Positions 1 through 13,917 of a stretch of DNA of 64,000 nucleotides are shown in pieces. The stretch comes from Heptranchias perlo. Taxonomy: Eukaryota. The position numbers and the translations under genes are program-made. The DNA lies in NCBI RefSeq assembly GCF_035084215.1, contig NC_090357.1, forward strand, positions 11,904,001 to 11,968,000. Direction: 5' to 3'. Below the pieces are notes generated by a model. That model ran no database searches, was not told the origin of the DNA, and saw nothing but the letters and a program-made list of their open reading frames with translations. How positions within the stretch are numbered: position 1 is the first letter of the stretch; each line of letters opens with the position of its first letter.

Positions 1-272
1 TTAGTTTCATACACTAGTTTCTTTGGAACAGCAGGTACCAGGAAATAGTCACTCCTTTTCTCCATTCTCTTGATGCTTAAATATAATGGTCGAGGTCCAG
101 CAATGGGCATCTCTTTTTTGGCTAGAGAATGGTATGGGATTTTTTTTCTTTGATCATGAAATTGGAAAATGTTGCTCTTGTGCTGTTCTTAAAGCATTTA
201 CTTTTCAAGTCTTTGGCTGTTATTGATCTGGTAATGGCAACATAAGGTATTTATAGACAACATTGTCTTCAG

Positions 273-3200
273 CTGTGCAGGCCGCTATCTTGGCTGGTGA
301 CAAGTCAGAGAATGTACAAGACCTGCTATTATTGGACGTCACTCCTCTATCCCTGGGCATTGAAACAGCTGGTGGTGTAATGACTGTCCTGATCAAACGT
401 AACACCACCATTCCAACAAAGCAAACACAGACCTTCACCACCTACTCTGACAACCAGCCTGGCGTGCTCATCCAGGTGAGAACCTAATTTTTGTGTTGCA
501 TTTAAGCTGGGTGTGACTAAATTTTGGAGAAACGTTAATATGATTGAGCACATAAAAGATGTGCAGGATATTAACCACAGTAACATGCATTTATATAGTG
601 TCTTTACGGAGAAAAACATCCGAAGGCACTGCAGAGGCATAAGGGAAATGATGAACACTGAGCCAGATATTGGGAGGAGTGACCAAAAGCTTGGTTGAAG
701 AGGTGGGTTTTAAGGAACTGCTTAAAGGAAGAAGTAAGTGGCGAAGCAGAGGGGTTTAGGGAGGGAAATCCATGCCACAAGACAATCTGAGGAATAGGGA
801 GGAGGTGTTGTAGGACTACTACAAGCAGTTACAGATAAAGTGTCTTGAGAATTTTAAATTTAAGGTGTTGGGACCAAAATCTAATGTAATTTGGCATGGA
901 ACATGCTGATGGGAGAGCAGGATTTGGTGCTGGATAGGATATGAACAGCAGAGTTTTGGATGAGTTGAAGTTTACTAAGGGTGGAGGATAGGTGGTTGGC
1001 CAGGAGAACATTTAAGTAGTTCTTTCTGTGGGTGACACAGGCATGGCTCAGGGTTTTAGTGGCAGATGCATAGAGGCTGTTGATGCTACAGAAATGAAAA
1101 TGTTTTTTTTTGTGATGGTGAGGATATGGGGTCAGAACCTGAGCTTGGCCTCATGTTAAAATGGAATGCTGTAGTTGTCATGATTTTAGACAGTACATTT
1201 CTTTGTGACCAATAAGTTTAATTTTCTCCCTACCTTCTGATGGTTGATGTTGTACTACATGGAGTGCTAGTCTTCTCATTGTTTGCCAATGTAGCTCTTT
1301 TTCATGCCACTCTTCTATGGGCTGTGACTATTGGACTGGCTAGTTAGAATACTAGCATTGCAGCTGAGTTGGAGCTCTCCTTGCCCAATATTCACCATTG
1401 CAATTTCCAGGAGGAGCCATACATCAAAGTTTGATTATGATAAAGATTGGTGGCACAGTAAGTAGGGTAGACAGGAACATATAATTACAAAGATAGATGA
1501 AATGAGTAGGCAAAACTGGCAGGTGGATTTCAAAGCAGGTAAGTGAGGTCATCCATTTTGAACCAAAAAAGATGGATCTAAGTTTTTTTAAATGGCGAAA
1601 AATCAGGAATCGTGGAGGTCCAAGAGATTTAGGGTCCATGTACACAATAAAATGTACTTGTTGGGTACAAAAAAAATCAAAGGCTAATGGAATGTTAGCC
1701 TTTATATCTAGAGGGCTGGAATATAATGGGGAGGAAGTTTTGCTACCACTATTCAAAGCCTCAGTTCGACCACATCTGGACTACTGGGCATCGCAACTTA
1801 GAAATGATATATTGGCCTTGGAAGGAGTGCAGTGCAGATTCACTAGAATGTTACCTGGGCTCCGAGTTAGATTGAGGAGAGATTACACAAAGTAGGCTTA
1901 TATTACCTGGAATATGGAAGGTTAAGGGGTGATTTGATTGAGGTTTTTAGGATTTTGAAAGGAATTGATAGGGTAGATGGAGAAACTTTTTCTGCTGGTG
2001 GGGGAGTCTAGGACAAGAGAGCATAACCTTAAAATCAGAGCCAGGCTATTCAGAGAAGTTAGGAAACACTTCATGCAAAAAGGGTGGTAGAAGTTTGGAA
2101 CACTCAAAGCAGTAGCTGCTAACTCAATTTTTAAATCTGAGATTGATTGTTTTGTTTTTTGCAAGCCAAGGGTATTGAGCCAAGGTGGGTGAATGGAGTT
2201 AGGATACAAACCAACCATGATCTCCAGAGCGGAACGGGCTGAATGGCTTTCTCCTATACCAGTGTCTCCATTGCATCTGTTGTGATTATGCCACCTTCCA
2301 CACTAGTGTTTCTGATATATCTTTCCTCAACTGAGGTTTCCCCTCACTTTGATGGGGCCTACTCCTGTTTGTGTTCCTAAATATCAATCAAGAGCAGGAA
2401 GTCTGGTTTCCCTCTCCCCTCCTGAGTTTAAAGGTGGAGCCAGGTTTAACATCTGTTGCAGCCTGGCTGCAAGCAGATGCAACAGACTGGGGAGTGAACC
2501 TGGGAGTTTGTTTTGCATGGCTTATCAAGTTGCCAGAGGGTGCCTTTACAGTGGGCCAGGAGAGGTTCACCCATGTGTGGGACAAATTTGTCAAGAATGA
2601 AGTGAAAATATTCACACCACTGACTTTAACAGTGGGCTATTTTTTTTACTTAGTCTTCCTTGCAATTGCATTAAATAATTGAGTCCTTTGGTCTTGAGCC
2701 AAGTGACAATTGCACACCTTTTTTATAATTTAGCTGTTGAACCAACTTAAGGAAGCATTTGTATACATGTTAAATGTATATGCAGTATCTGGAAGTTGAA
2801 TGAAGCCACTGATTTCATCCCCCTGTATGATGCATGTGTCTATAAACTTTCAATTAATGCACTTGTTTTAATATAGGTATACGAGGGTGAACGAGCCATG
2901 ACTAAGGATAACAACTTGCTGGGCAAGTTTGAGCTGACTGGAATTCCACCTGCTCCACGGGGTGTGCCTCAAATTGAGGTGACATTTGATATTGATGCCA
3001 ATGGTATCTTGAATGTGTCTGCAGTGGATAAGAGCACTGGAAAGGAAAACAAGATTACCATCACAAATGACAAAGGTGAATCACTGCTTTGCCATTTTTA
3101 CTTTCAGTTAATGCAAATTGTTTAAAGTGCCTTCCCTAGTGTTGATCAAAACTTTTGATATTTGTTCCCTCTCCAAATCTGCTGTTGTCCCTGTTTTCCC

Positions 3201-6200
3201 CCCCAAAAAAAAAACCTTGAATGGTCTGTCAAGTCCTTGAACATGTTACTACCTATCTTTCCTCCAAATCCCATGTTTGAACCTCATGTTTCTGCCCCTG
3301 CCACAGTACTGAAATGGCCCTGATCAAAGTCACAAATTACATCTTGTCACTGTGGTGCACTATCCATTCTTGACCTGTCTGTAGCCTTTTGGTTTGATTG
3401 ACCATCATCCTCCAATGCCTCTCCTGTTGAACTGAATGGCACTGCGCTTGCCTGATTCCACTTTTGCCTATCCAATCATAGCCAGAGAATCTCTGCAATG
3501 GTTTCTCTTCCTGCACATTTACCCCTGGAGTCCCCAAGGATCTATCCTTGGCACATTCCTATTTCTCATCTATATGCTGATGCTGCCTAGCTCTAGTTCA
3601 CTATCTCCTCTCTTGACCCTGTCCCTGTGTTGTCAAACTGCTTGTCTGACATCCAGTCCTGGATGAGCTGAAATTTCCTGCAAGCTGTTGTCTTTGGTCC
3701 CTGCCACAAACTTTCTCCAAGCCACTGATTTCATCCCCCTGTATGACAATTTGCTTTTGCTAATCACCTTCAAATGCCCCTGTCATGCTGTAACAAACTT
3801 GCAGCCAAAAACTGTTTTGGTCTATAAATGGACTAAATACATTGTGCCAATCCAAATCAAACATGCCAAAAGCAGTCTGATTTGAAACTAGTGTGAAGTG
3901 CCACTGACAGCATGATATAGCACAGGATTAGGCCTGTGCTACTCTGAGGAATGTTGACTAATGGCCACATGCTTCCTTGAAGCACTGATCACCCCAAGCT
4001 ATTTCAGTTCTTTCTGGAAACATTGGTTGAGGCCTTGCAGATTTTCAAATCATTCCTGTGCTGTTTGACATCACTAGCTGGACATAAACAGGGATTAAGT
4101 GTAGCTCAGCATTTATAGAAAGAATGATGTAAATGGCATTTGGATTAAATCAACAGGTCGTTTGAGCAAAGAAGACATTGAACGTATGGTCCAGGAAGCT
4201 GAGAAGTACAAATCAGAAGATGAACAGCAGCGGGACAAAGTCTCATCGAAGAATTCTCTGGAGTCCTATGCTTTCAACATGAAGGCTACCATTGAGGATG
4301 AGAAACTACAGGGCAAAATAAGTGATGATGACAAGCAGAAAGTTTTAGAGAAATGTAATGAAGTTATCAGCTGGCTGGATAAGAACCAGGTAAATCGCTA
4401 GACTTAAAATTAGTCAAGGTTATTCTGTTATAGGATAATTCTTCACGTCACATGGAACACTTGATGGCATTTTTTTAAAAACTTGAACACGAAAATATAT
4501 CTGCCTATGTGGATGAATAAATTGTTTCAAGTGTGGAGAATGGATCAGAAGTTCCATTGGTTCTCTCATATTACTCAAGCTGTTTGTCCCCATTTTTGTT
4601 TTTTGGTTTCATGCTGGAAAATATTTCCATTGGTGCCAGGAGCTCTCCTGTTGCTTGCCCAGCTCATGAGGTTAGTGTTGACAAGTTATTCCCTTTCTGT
4701 GGGAAGAGAGTAAAGCACATTTGAGGCTTGTTGGTCTCCTCAATTAGGTGTACATGTATCCTTCTAAGCAGGAGTCAACTGATGGAAATCTTGACTGAAA
4801 ACCCTGGCTTCCCCTCCTATTCCACCCAAGGATGTTGAGACCAATTAATTGTAGTGCACAAGTTAATTTGACAGACATAGGCTCAAACCTGGAACCTCTT
4901 GGTGTTTAAGCTCAGTACCACACCAGATGGTGCAATTGCCTACTTTACTAGTTACGAAGAAAATTTTCTTTGTTTCCCTCAGGAAGAATTAAGTAAGTGA
5001 GGAATAAAGAATGCAACTTACAAAGTTAACTCTGAGGAGCAAAGGGATTTGGGTGTCTGTGTACATATCACTAAAAGCTAGTGCAAATGTAAGAAAAAGT
5101 ACTCAAAATGCTAATGAAACGTTGGCCTTTATGTTATGGGTGTTGGAATTCAAAAGTGAGGAAGTGATGCTTCAGTTGGACAGAGGATTGGTCAAACCCC
5201 ATTGAGTACTGCATTAGTTTTGGGAACCAAACTTCAGGAAGGACATAGTGACCTTGGAGGTGTATGGTGCATGATCACCAGAATGATACCAGGGCTTAGA
5301 GGGTTAAATTGAGGACAGGCTGTATATAAATTTGGCTTTTATTCCCTTGAAATAAAGTATTTTCTTGAGTTTGCAAGATTGAGGTGATCTAATTGAGGTG
5401 TTTAAAATTAAAAGGATTTGATAGGGTAGGTACAGAACTATATTCTCTAGTGGAGGAATTCAGAACGAGATCATAATAGTGCTAGGCCATTTAGGAGTGA
5501 AGAGGAAGATTTTTTTCTTTTTAAAAGGGGTGGTTGAGATTTGGCACTCCCTAACCTAGAATGCTACAGATGCTAGGTCAATTAAATTTTTAAGAAGGGT
5601 ATCAAAGGTGGATAAATGGAGTTGAGGTACAGATCAGCCTTGATCTGATTGGTGCAACAGGCTCGAGGGGCTGAATGGCCTATTCCTATATAACAGCCTT
5701 GAGTACAAGATATTAAATTGAGCGACAGCAACCATAAGCTGGGTCTTTATCAATCAGGCACTGAGTCTTGGCTTCAGCTTGGTTTAGTGACCTTGTCAGA
5801 AATGACTTCGTGAAAGGTGGGGAAAAGGAAGAAGGATTTTAATGAAGGAAGGACCAGAGCAGACTGGTAATCCATTGATTCTGTGAATAGACATGCTTGT
5901 GATATTTTTCTAGTGCCCAGGGGGTGAGATCTTCATTTTGGAGTCACGGGCTTGACAGATCCTTTAAAGGAAGACCGCTATTAAGAATAAAGTTAAACAG
6001 TTCCAAGTCTTTGTGCTTTTACTTTATTACACTAACTAATGGTGTGTTTGTATACCTACGGTATGGGCTGACTTGCCAAATTTTTTTTAGACTGCAGAAA
6101 AGGATGAATATGAACATCAACTGAAAGAAATTGAGAAGATCTGCAATCCAATCATTACCAAGTTGTATCAGAGTGCTGGTGGTATGCCCGGTGGCATGCC

Positions 6201-6267
6201 AGAAGGCTTTCCTGGTGCTGCTCCTGGAGGAGGATCTTCTGGACCAACCATTGAAGAAGTTGACTAA
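273..6267 (+). CDS. HSPA8: Hsc70/HSPA8 tandem copy 1, last four coding exons only (5' part is upstream of the window)
   Basis: GT-AG exons 273..475 (203 nt), 2877..3075 (199), 4157..4389 (233), 6091..6267 (177). The first three sizes match vertebrate HSPA8 exons 6-8. Translation: [35 protein letters not shown]...[22 protein letters not shown]...[34 protein letters not shown]. Confidence 0.95.
577..1160 (-). mobile_element. Decayed L2-type LINE 3' fragment in an intron of HSPA8 copy 1
   Basis: Reverse complement resembles the L2 tail at 32555..33370 and 54585..54880 (tttgaccaagctttt...ctatataaatgca). Confidence 0.6.
1425..2260 (+). mobile_element. CR1/L3-type LINE 3' fragment (RT C-terminus + 3' UTR)
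   Basis: [15 protein letters not shown]...VRPHLDY...[15 protein letters not shown]; homologous to other CR1 copies in the window. Confidence 0.85.
3170..3746 (+). mobile_element. Decayed L2-type LINE RT fragment
   Basis: ggagtccccaaggatctatccttgg (PQGSILG), ctcatctatatgctg; parallels the L2 pieces at 9298..9760 and 32555. Confidence 0.7.
5020..5690 (+). mobile_element. Decayed CR1 LINE 3' fragment
   Basis: ANETLAFM...[11 protein letters not shown]...LVKPH, then CR1 3' UTR (ggctcgaggggctgaatggcct). Confidence 0.8.
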
Positions 6268-6399
6268 ATATTAATGTAAATGCATCAGTAATAGAAAACT
6301 GGGTATTTATCTGTGTACTGTAACTTAGGAATGCAAAATGTACTATTGCCCTGTAACAATGTGGTGTGAAGTTTAATGAGATTGAAAAGCATCTTGTTA

Positions 6400-6405
6400 A
6401 ATAAA
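6400..6405 (+). terminator. Polyadenylation signal of HSPA8 copy 1
   Basis: AATAAA about 130 nt after the stop codon. Confidence 0.65.
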
Positions 6406-7099
6406 TTCCAGTTGAAAACTTTTCCTCGTCTTCTAATAAGAGTGATACACAAGTTGTTTGCGTAGAAATTTACAGCACTGAAGGAGGCTATTTAGCCCAT
6501 TGCGTCTGTGCTGGCCGAAAGAGCTGTTTTGAAGTTGGTGGCTTGAATCATGTCGCAACATGATCCCAAGGCACCAGTGGCCCTCCAGTAGCTTCTGGCC
6601 ATTCTTCATATTTGTGCTTAGACAGTGAACAACTGGCTATTTGACTAAGACTACAGAAGAACCCAATCCTGTACACTTCTGGCAGAATTTACAGAATCCC
6701 AATCAAGAATGGGAGCTCTGGACATAGTCTTCCTTTCTACCTGTAACCTGTGGATATTCAGGGCAGTTTTAATCCCAATAAAATAGAATAATTACTACAT
6801 CCCACAAATCCAACTTAGAAACTTTTAGATGTATTGTCATACACCACCCTTTTAAAGCATTTTAGAATGAATTTGCAGCTCAAACCTGAAACTAAATAGC
6901 AAGTGTCTTTTCAATGTTGGAACATGGATTTGAATCTCCTCTAGGAGGAGGGGCTTTTCTCTGAATATGAGAGCCTTAATTTCACACAGGCCATCTCTTT
7001 AAACCATTCCCTTTTTAACCCCCCACCACCCGATTCCCCCTTTTGGTGTCTTGAGTTTTTAAAAAAAACTTCCCCCAAGTCACTTAGAACTACCCTCAA

Positions 7100-9760
7100 T
7101 TTGTTATGATACTTCAACGCATATTGATCTACCTAACCACTCCCTCTCGTCCGCCTTTTGATGCCCTTGTTACAGCAAACCCTTTACTCCAAGCCCAAGA
7201 GGTGCAGACTTAGGCATATCTAATGCACAATTGGTTTAGCCATCCATCACCAAATCCGGAAGGTCCACAGCAAGTGCTATCCAGCTTCATTCCTGTTAAA
7301 ACTACCCACTACAGAATCATCTTCGAGCAAAGATTACCCTCAGCTGCTTTTCTCCACAACCAACTATTTCCTCTAACCCCTTCCACCCTTGCTTCTAGCA
7401 AGTGAGAGGAACTGATGGACTTTTATCACTAAGATTGAGACTATTTGTTCAGCTGCCTTCACTCTTCCTCTTGAAAATAACTCCCCCTTCTCCCCCCCCC
7501 CCCCCCCCCCGGTTCCCTCTACTTACACCTAAATCCACATCCCACTCTGATCTCTTTTTTTCCCCCCTCATACTCATCAAGCTTGTTTGTTAACCACTAT
7601 CACTAAAACATGATCTGGTCATTAACACATTGCTGTTTGCAGGACCTTGCTGTGCACAAATTGGCTGCTGCGTTTCTCTACATTACAACAGTGACTACAC
7701 TTCAAAAGTACTTCATTGGCTGTAATGCACTTTGGGACATCCTGAGATCGTGACAGGTACTATATAAATGCAAGTTCTTGTTTTGTCCGTGAGACCCATC
7801 CCCTGCGCCCTTGACCATTCCCACTTAACTACCAACCCAACATCCTTTCCTGGCCCCCATGCTAGCTGACTGTTGTAAGTGGCTCCCTCTCCTTAGGTAT
7901 TATCCCCCTCCCTTTCAAAATTGCGATCATCACCCCTCAAAAAAAAACACTCGTCTCCACTGTCTTTACAAACTACTGCCCCATTTTCAACCTCAATTTC
8001 CTCTCACGAGTCCCTGTAATAGTCCTAATTTAAAATCACGAATTACGTACTCTGGAACTGTGACTGCTGTATTATCCTTTCTCGACCTCTGCAGCTTTTG
8101 ACATGGTCAACCACATCGTCCTCCAACTTGGTGGGAATGACCATACTTGGTTCTGCTCTTACCTAGCTGATCATAGAGGATAGAAAATAGGAACAAGAGT
8201 GGGCCATTCAGGCCTGCTCCGCCACTGAAAATGATCATGGCTGATCGTCTAACTCAGTACCCTGATCCTGCTTTTTCCCCATATCCCTTGATCCCTTTAG
8301 CATTAAGTATATCTATTTCCTTGAATACATCTAATGACTTGGCCTCCACTGCCTTCTGTGGTAGAGAATTCCACAGGTTTACCACCCTCTTGAGTGAAGA
8401 AATTTCTCCTCATCTCTGTTCGAAATGGCATATCCTGAGACTGTGACCATTGGTTCTGGACTCCCCATCCATCGGGAGCATCCTGCATCTCGTCTGTCTG
8501 GTCCTGTTAGAATTTTATATATTTTGATGAGATCACCTCTCATTCATCTAAATTCTAGTGAATATAGGCCTAGTCGACCCAATCTCTCCTCATACGTCAG
8601 TCCTGCCATCCCAGCAATCAAAACCTTTGTTGCACTCCCTCCATAGCAAGGACATCCTCAGATAAAGAGACCAAAACTGCACACAACACTCCCGATGTGG
8701 TCTCACCAAGGCCCTGTACAACTGCAGTAAGACATCCCTACTCCTATACTCAAATCCTCTTGCAATGAAGGCCAACATACCATTCGCCAGCCTAACTGCT
8801 TGCTGCACCTGAATGCTCGCTTTCAGCGACTGGTGTACAAGGACACCCAGGTCTCGTTGCACCTCCCCTTTTCCCAATCTATCACCATTCAGAAAATAAT
8901 CTGCCTTTTTATTTTTACAACCAAAGTGGATAACCTCACATTTATCCACGTTATACTGCATCTGCCATGTTCTTGCCCACTCACCCAACTTGTCTATATC
9001 ACATTGGAGCCTCTTTGCATCCTTCTCACTGCTCACATTCCACCCCAGCTTTGTGTCGTCTGCAAACTTGGAAATGTTACATTTAGTTCCCTCATCAAAT
9101 TATTTATAAATATTGTGAATAGCTCGGCCCAGGCATTGATCCCTGCGGTATCCCATTAGTCATGGCCTGCCACCCAGAAAAAGACCCGTTTATTCCTACT
9201 CTCTGTTTCCTGTCTATCAACCAATTCTCAATCCATGTCAGTATATTCCCCCCAATCCCATGTGCTTTAATTTTGCACACTAACCTCTTGTGTGGGAGGA
9301 TCTGCAGTAATGGCTTCTCTTCCTGCTTGTGCACTGTTATCTTGATCCCCCAACGATCTATCCTTGGTCCCCTCCTTTTCATCTACATTTTGCTACTTGG
9401 CAACATCATCCACACATTCGGTCAGCTTCCACTTGTATACTGACACCACTTCTCTGCACCCCTTTTTACTGCCTCTGTTGTCAGACGTGTGCTATCCAGT
9501 CATGAAGTAGCCACAATTTACTCTGGTTAAACATTGAGAGGATCAAAACCAGTGTCTTTGTCCCTTGCTACAAACTCCATACCCTCCCAATCTCGGCATC
9601 CTATTCAATCCCGAGCTGAGCTTCTAACCCTATATCCTCTCCGTCGCAAAGACTACTCACTGCCACTCATAATATCACCTACCTCAACCACTGCCTCAGC
9701 CCAATTGCTGCTGAAACCTTCATTTGTGTCTTTGTCACCTCCAGTTTCGACTTCTCTATC
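7100..9760 (+). mobile_element. Old L2-type LINE, interrupted by a SINE tail (7590..7780) and a minus-strand CR1 (8173..9295)
   Basis: L2-like text breaks at ttacctagctgatcatag (about 8176) and resumes at aggatctgcagtaatggcttctct (about 9298); LDLSAAFD-like and PQRSILGP motifs. Confidence 0.65.
8173..9295 (-). mobile_element. CR1 LINE 3' portion (RT + 3' UTR)
   Basis: ORFs 9104..9382 (WIENWLIDRKQRVGING..GIPQGS) and 8590..9036 (LQCDIDKLGEWARTWQMQYNVDKCEVIHFG...LYRALVRPH). Confidence 0.9.
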
Positions 9761-10109
9761 AGATCCATGAAAATTCACGACAATACAACAGTGAGTACAC
9801 TTCAAAAAGTACCTAATTGGCTGTAAAGCATTTTGGTCGTGAAAGGTGCTATATGAATGCAAGTTCTTTCTTGATTCTCTTTTTCTATTCTGTAATGTTA
9901 TTACCTTAGCTTTTCCTTTTTATTTCATGTTTCTAGTTTTTCCAGCCTAATCTTTGCTGCTTTCAGTTTTAAAAAATTGTCCACATCTAAAACCCAATAC
10001 TACACTATACTTGTTACTTCCCTATAACATTCAGTAAAATATAAAAAACACATATTTTTGCAGGACAAGTTATGAGTCCAGTACTGTTTTACCACTTGCC
10101 AGGTTCCTG

Positions 10110-10810
10110 CTTCACCAGTGGTTTATCACAGAGTTCCACATCTTAACCACTCTGCAAATATTATTTCTAATGTCTCCTTTGATTCTTTATGATTATCTGC
10201 ATCTTCTCACCAACCAACGGAAATATATTTAATCCTCATGGTCTTAAAAAAATTCTAATAGGTTTCTCCTCAACCCTTCTCTGCTTAAGTGGAGGAAAAA
10301 ATCCTAACTTTGTAACTAATCCCTCACCCTTGGTAACATCCCAGTTAATCTATGCTGCACCTTTCCCATTGCATTTATATCATTTCTATAATGGGCTACT
10401 TAAAACTGCATAATACTGCAACTGCAATCTAACGTAAGACATTCTATAAGTTCAACATCACCTCTCTGCGTTTGGATTCTGTGTCTCTCATTGCAAAACG
10501 ATTGATTTAGTTCAACTGTTCTCTGGCGTTATTCGTTTGTGCTGCCACCTTTAATGACCTATGTGTCAGCATGCCAAGGCCCCTCTGCTCCTGTACTCCA
10601 TTTTAAATCTGAGCAAATCTTACTTCCAAAATGTATTACTTTCTATTCCATGCAATGAACTGCATTCGCCACGTAACTGCCCATCCTTCTAGCTTACTTC
10701 TGCCCTCAAGAGTTTTTCACTGGAAAACCTCCCAATCATGCCTCCCAATTTTGTGTCAGCAGCAATTTTTTGATATTGATCCCTTAATTCTCAAGTATAG
10801 ATCATTTAAG
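10110..10810 (-). mobile_element. Older decayed CR1 fragment
   Basis: Weak similarity to the adjacent CR1 copy (gagttccacatcttaaccactctg, gccacctttaatgacctatg). Confidence 0.55.
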
Positions 10811-10869
10811 AAATAACAGATTTAAAGAGGCCACATGTGTTGAATATTCGAACAAGCTGTAATCTTTAT

Positions 10870-12260
10870 TCATAGAATCTTACAGCACAGAAGGAGGCCA
10901 TTCCGCCCATCATGACTGACGGCTCTTTGAAAGACCGGTCCAATTTAGTCCCACAGCTTTTTCACCCTAACCCTGCAAATACATGTCCAATTTTGAAAGT
11001 TCCTATGGAATCTGCTTCCACCACCCTTTCAGGTAGTGTGTTTGAGTTCTTAACAACCCTCTGTGTGAAAACGTTTCTCCTCAATTCCCCTCTGGTTCTT
11101 TTGCCAATCATTTTAAATCTGTGACCCAACTTGCCAGAGGAAACAGTTTCTCCCTACTTGCTCTATCAAACCCCTTCATAATTTTGAATACCTCGATTAG
11201 GCCTCCCCTTAACTTACTCTGCTCTGAAGAGAACAATCCCAGCTTCTCCAATCTCTCCACATAACTGAAGTCCTTTATTCATGTTATCATCCTGGTAAAC
11301 TTGAATACTCCAATTGAGTACACAATACTCCAGCTGAGGCCTAACCAGTGATTTGTAAAGATTTAGCATGACTTCCTTGTTTTTGTTTTCAATGCCCCTA
11401 TTTACAAAGCCAAGTATCCTCATACGCTTTTTTAACAGCCTTATCAACTTGCCCTGCCACCTTCAAAGATTTGCGAATATGCACCCCCAGGTCCCCCTGC
11501 TCTTCCACCCCCTTCAAAATAGTACCATATAGATTACACTGGCTCTCCATGTTGTTCCTCCCAAAGTGCATCACTTCACAATTATCCACATTAAATTGCA
11601 TCTGTCTTGTGACTGCCCATTTCACCAGTCTATCTACGTCCTGAAGTCTGCTACTATCCTCTTCACTATTTACTACATTGCCAAGTTTTGTATCATCCGC
11701 AAACTTCAAAATTGTACTCCCTATACCCAAGTTCAGGTCATTTACATATAGCAAGAAAAGCAATGGTCCTAATACCAACCCCTGGGGGATCCCACTGCAT
11801 ACTTCTCTCCAGTCAGAAAAACATCAGTTCACCACTACTCCCTGCCTATCCCTTAGCCAATTACATAACTAAGTTATCACTGTCCCTTTAATCCCATGTG
11901 TTTCTATTTTCTGAATAATTCTGTTATGTGATACTTTGAAAAATGTCTTTTGAAATTCCATATATACATCTACTGCACTACCTTCATCAACCCTCTCTTC
12001 ATCAAAGAACTCAATCATGTTTGTCAGACACAATTTGCCTTTAACAAATCCGTGCTAGCTCCTTATTAACCTTCTCCAAGTGAGAATTAATTTTGTCCTT
12101 GACAATGGTCTCTAGTAGTTTTCCCACCACTGACATTAGATTGACTGGCCTGTAGCTACCAGATTTATCCCTCTTCCCTTTTTTGAATAAGTGTGTAACA
12201 TTTGCAATCCTCCAGTCCTCTGGCACCACTCACATATCCAAGGAGGATTAAAGACTGTGG
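10870..12260 (-). mobile_element. CR1 LINE RT fragment + 3' UTR
   Basis: VPEDWRIANVT.LFKKG...YRPV.LMSVVGKLLE; VLGPLLFLLYVNDL...KFADDTKLG; LYKSLVRPQLEYC. Confidence 0.9.
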
Positions 12261-12733
12261 TCTCAGTATTCTGTGATCTCAGTGAATAATTGTCTCTGTT
12301 CTATTGTCTACTGACATGACGACCACTGTTCACCAATCTCAACTATAAGAGAAAGAGGAAATACCCATTGAGGTCAGTCTCCATTAGATATTAATGTCTA
12401 TTGACACAATACTGATCCCTGTTTCCATTAGTGAACAACTAGGAGTGCCAAGGCAGATATTATGGCAACAACTGTATGTAATCTGCTTTCTCCCCATATA
12501 GTCAGATGTGGTACTCAATTTATCCACCTCAGAAGTATGAGGCGGAGTGAATCCTGCCAGCAGTCAATTGTAGTCTATTTTGTTACACACAATGGCAAAA
12601 TGATGTGTAGTTTTTCAGTGTAGTATCTTTGTGCATACCGTCACAATTGTATGAAATTTTCTCCATGTTTCTGATACCGGGTAATATATTGCAAACTTCT
12701 CCAAAATAAAAATGAGGGGTACGGTAGTTTAGA

Positions 12734-12932
12734 CTGTCCTTAACAGGCCTGGCCTATGTGTGACTCCAGTCCCACACCAAAGTGGGCTACTCTTTACTGC
12801 CCTCTGAAATGGCCTAGCAAGCTACTCAGAGGTTCAAGAAGGCCCACCATCACCTTCGCAAGGAAATCAGGGATGGACATTAAATGCCAGCCTTGTCAGC
12901 AACACACACATCCTGAGAATGAAGTAAAAAAA
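12734..12932 (+). mobile_element. Short non-autonomous element (Meta-type SINE core fused to LINE 3' tail)
   Basis: First half matches 23611..23703 (ggcctatgtgtgactccag...tgccctctgaaatggcctagcaagc); second half matches LINE tail 26540..26647 (ggttcaagaaggc...agggatgg...cacatcc...A-rich). Confidence 0.8.
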
Positions 12933-13049
12933 CACTGGGCCGGGTAAGATAATGAGGTACGTTCCCTGGCATGGCATAGATGGAAACTACTGATACCTAT
13001 CTGTTGAAATATTAATTATATTCATAAAATAGATGGAAAACGCAAGAAA

Positions 13050-13910
13050 AGAATATACATGGTTGAACAAGGTTATTTGGCCCATTTTATTTCCTCCACC
13101 TAGAAAAACCTGCATAGCATCCAACTATCTTAAATAATTCCAAGGTTTTTGCATTCACTACCCTACCCGGAAGTCTGTTCCAAGTGTTAATCACTCTGTG
13201 TGTAAAAGCACTTTCTGATATCAGTCCAAAATTTGTCTTCAGCTAGTCCGAATCTGTGCCCACTTGTCCCTCCTGTTTTGTGCAGCCCAGTGCAAAGCCC
13301 ATCCCACCAAAACATCTACAAGAGGGTGCTGCTATTAAAGTGAAATGAGCAGTCTATGCAAACTAAAATCAATAATGGGTGATTCAGATTATAATCAAAT
13401 TTGGATTGATAATGCACGTAATTCTGTGATGTGTTCTGCATACTAAAATTCTGAGCACAGGTAACCAGTCTTCTCCTACTGTCAAGATTTGCTCTGAAGT
13501 AGTATATCAGGTATATCTTTTTCTATACAATTTAATATATATCCAATACATTCTCAGTCACGTTTTAAGCTTGAAGAGCTCACTTTTCTCCAGTCTTTTC
13601 TCATTGTCATAACTCATCCAGAGAAGATGTGTCAAAGGGCTTGAATGTTTCTTTTGTGTCTCAGTGAGAAAAACTGATCACAGTACACACTGAACAGTCT
13701 AACCAGAGCCCTGTGTAATTTCAGCATAAGAGTCTCTGACTTGCACTCTACTGAATTAGCAATAAAGCATCCTATTTGTTGCAGTGACTGACCATGTTAC
13801 GTGCTGAGTCTACAAAAGCCCCTAAATTTCTTCTAACTTCACTCTTAGTTTGATGCCATTCATAGAGATGTCTGCCACCTATTTATTTTTCCAATGTGCA
13901 ATATTACTTT
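13050..13910 (-). mobile_element. Ancient decayed CR1-like fragments
   Basis: Residual CR1 3'-region motifs on the minus strand (gttccaagtgttaatcactctgtgtgtaaa, ctaaccagagccctgtgtaatttcagc). Confidence 0.45.
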
Positions 13911-13917
13911 ACACCTG

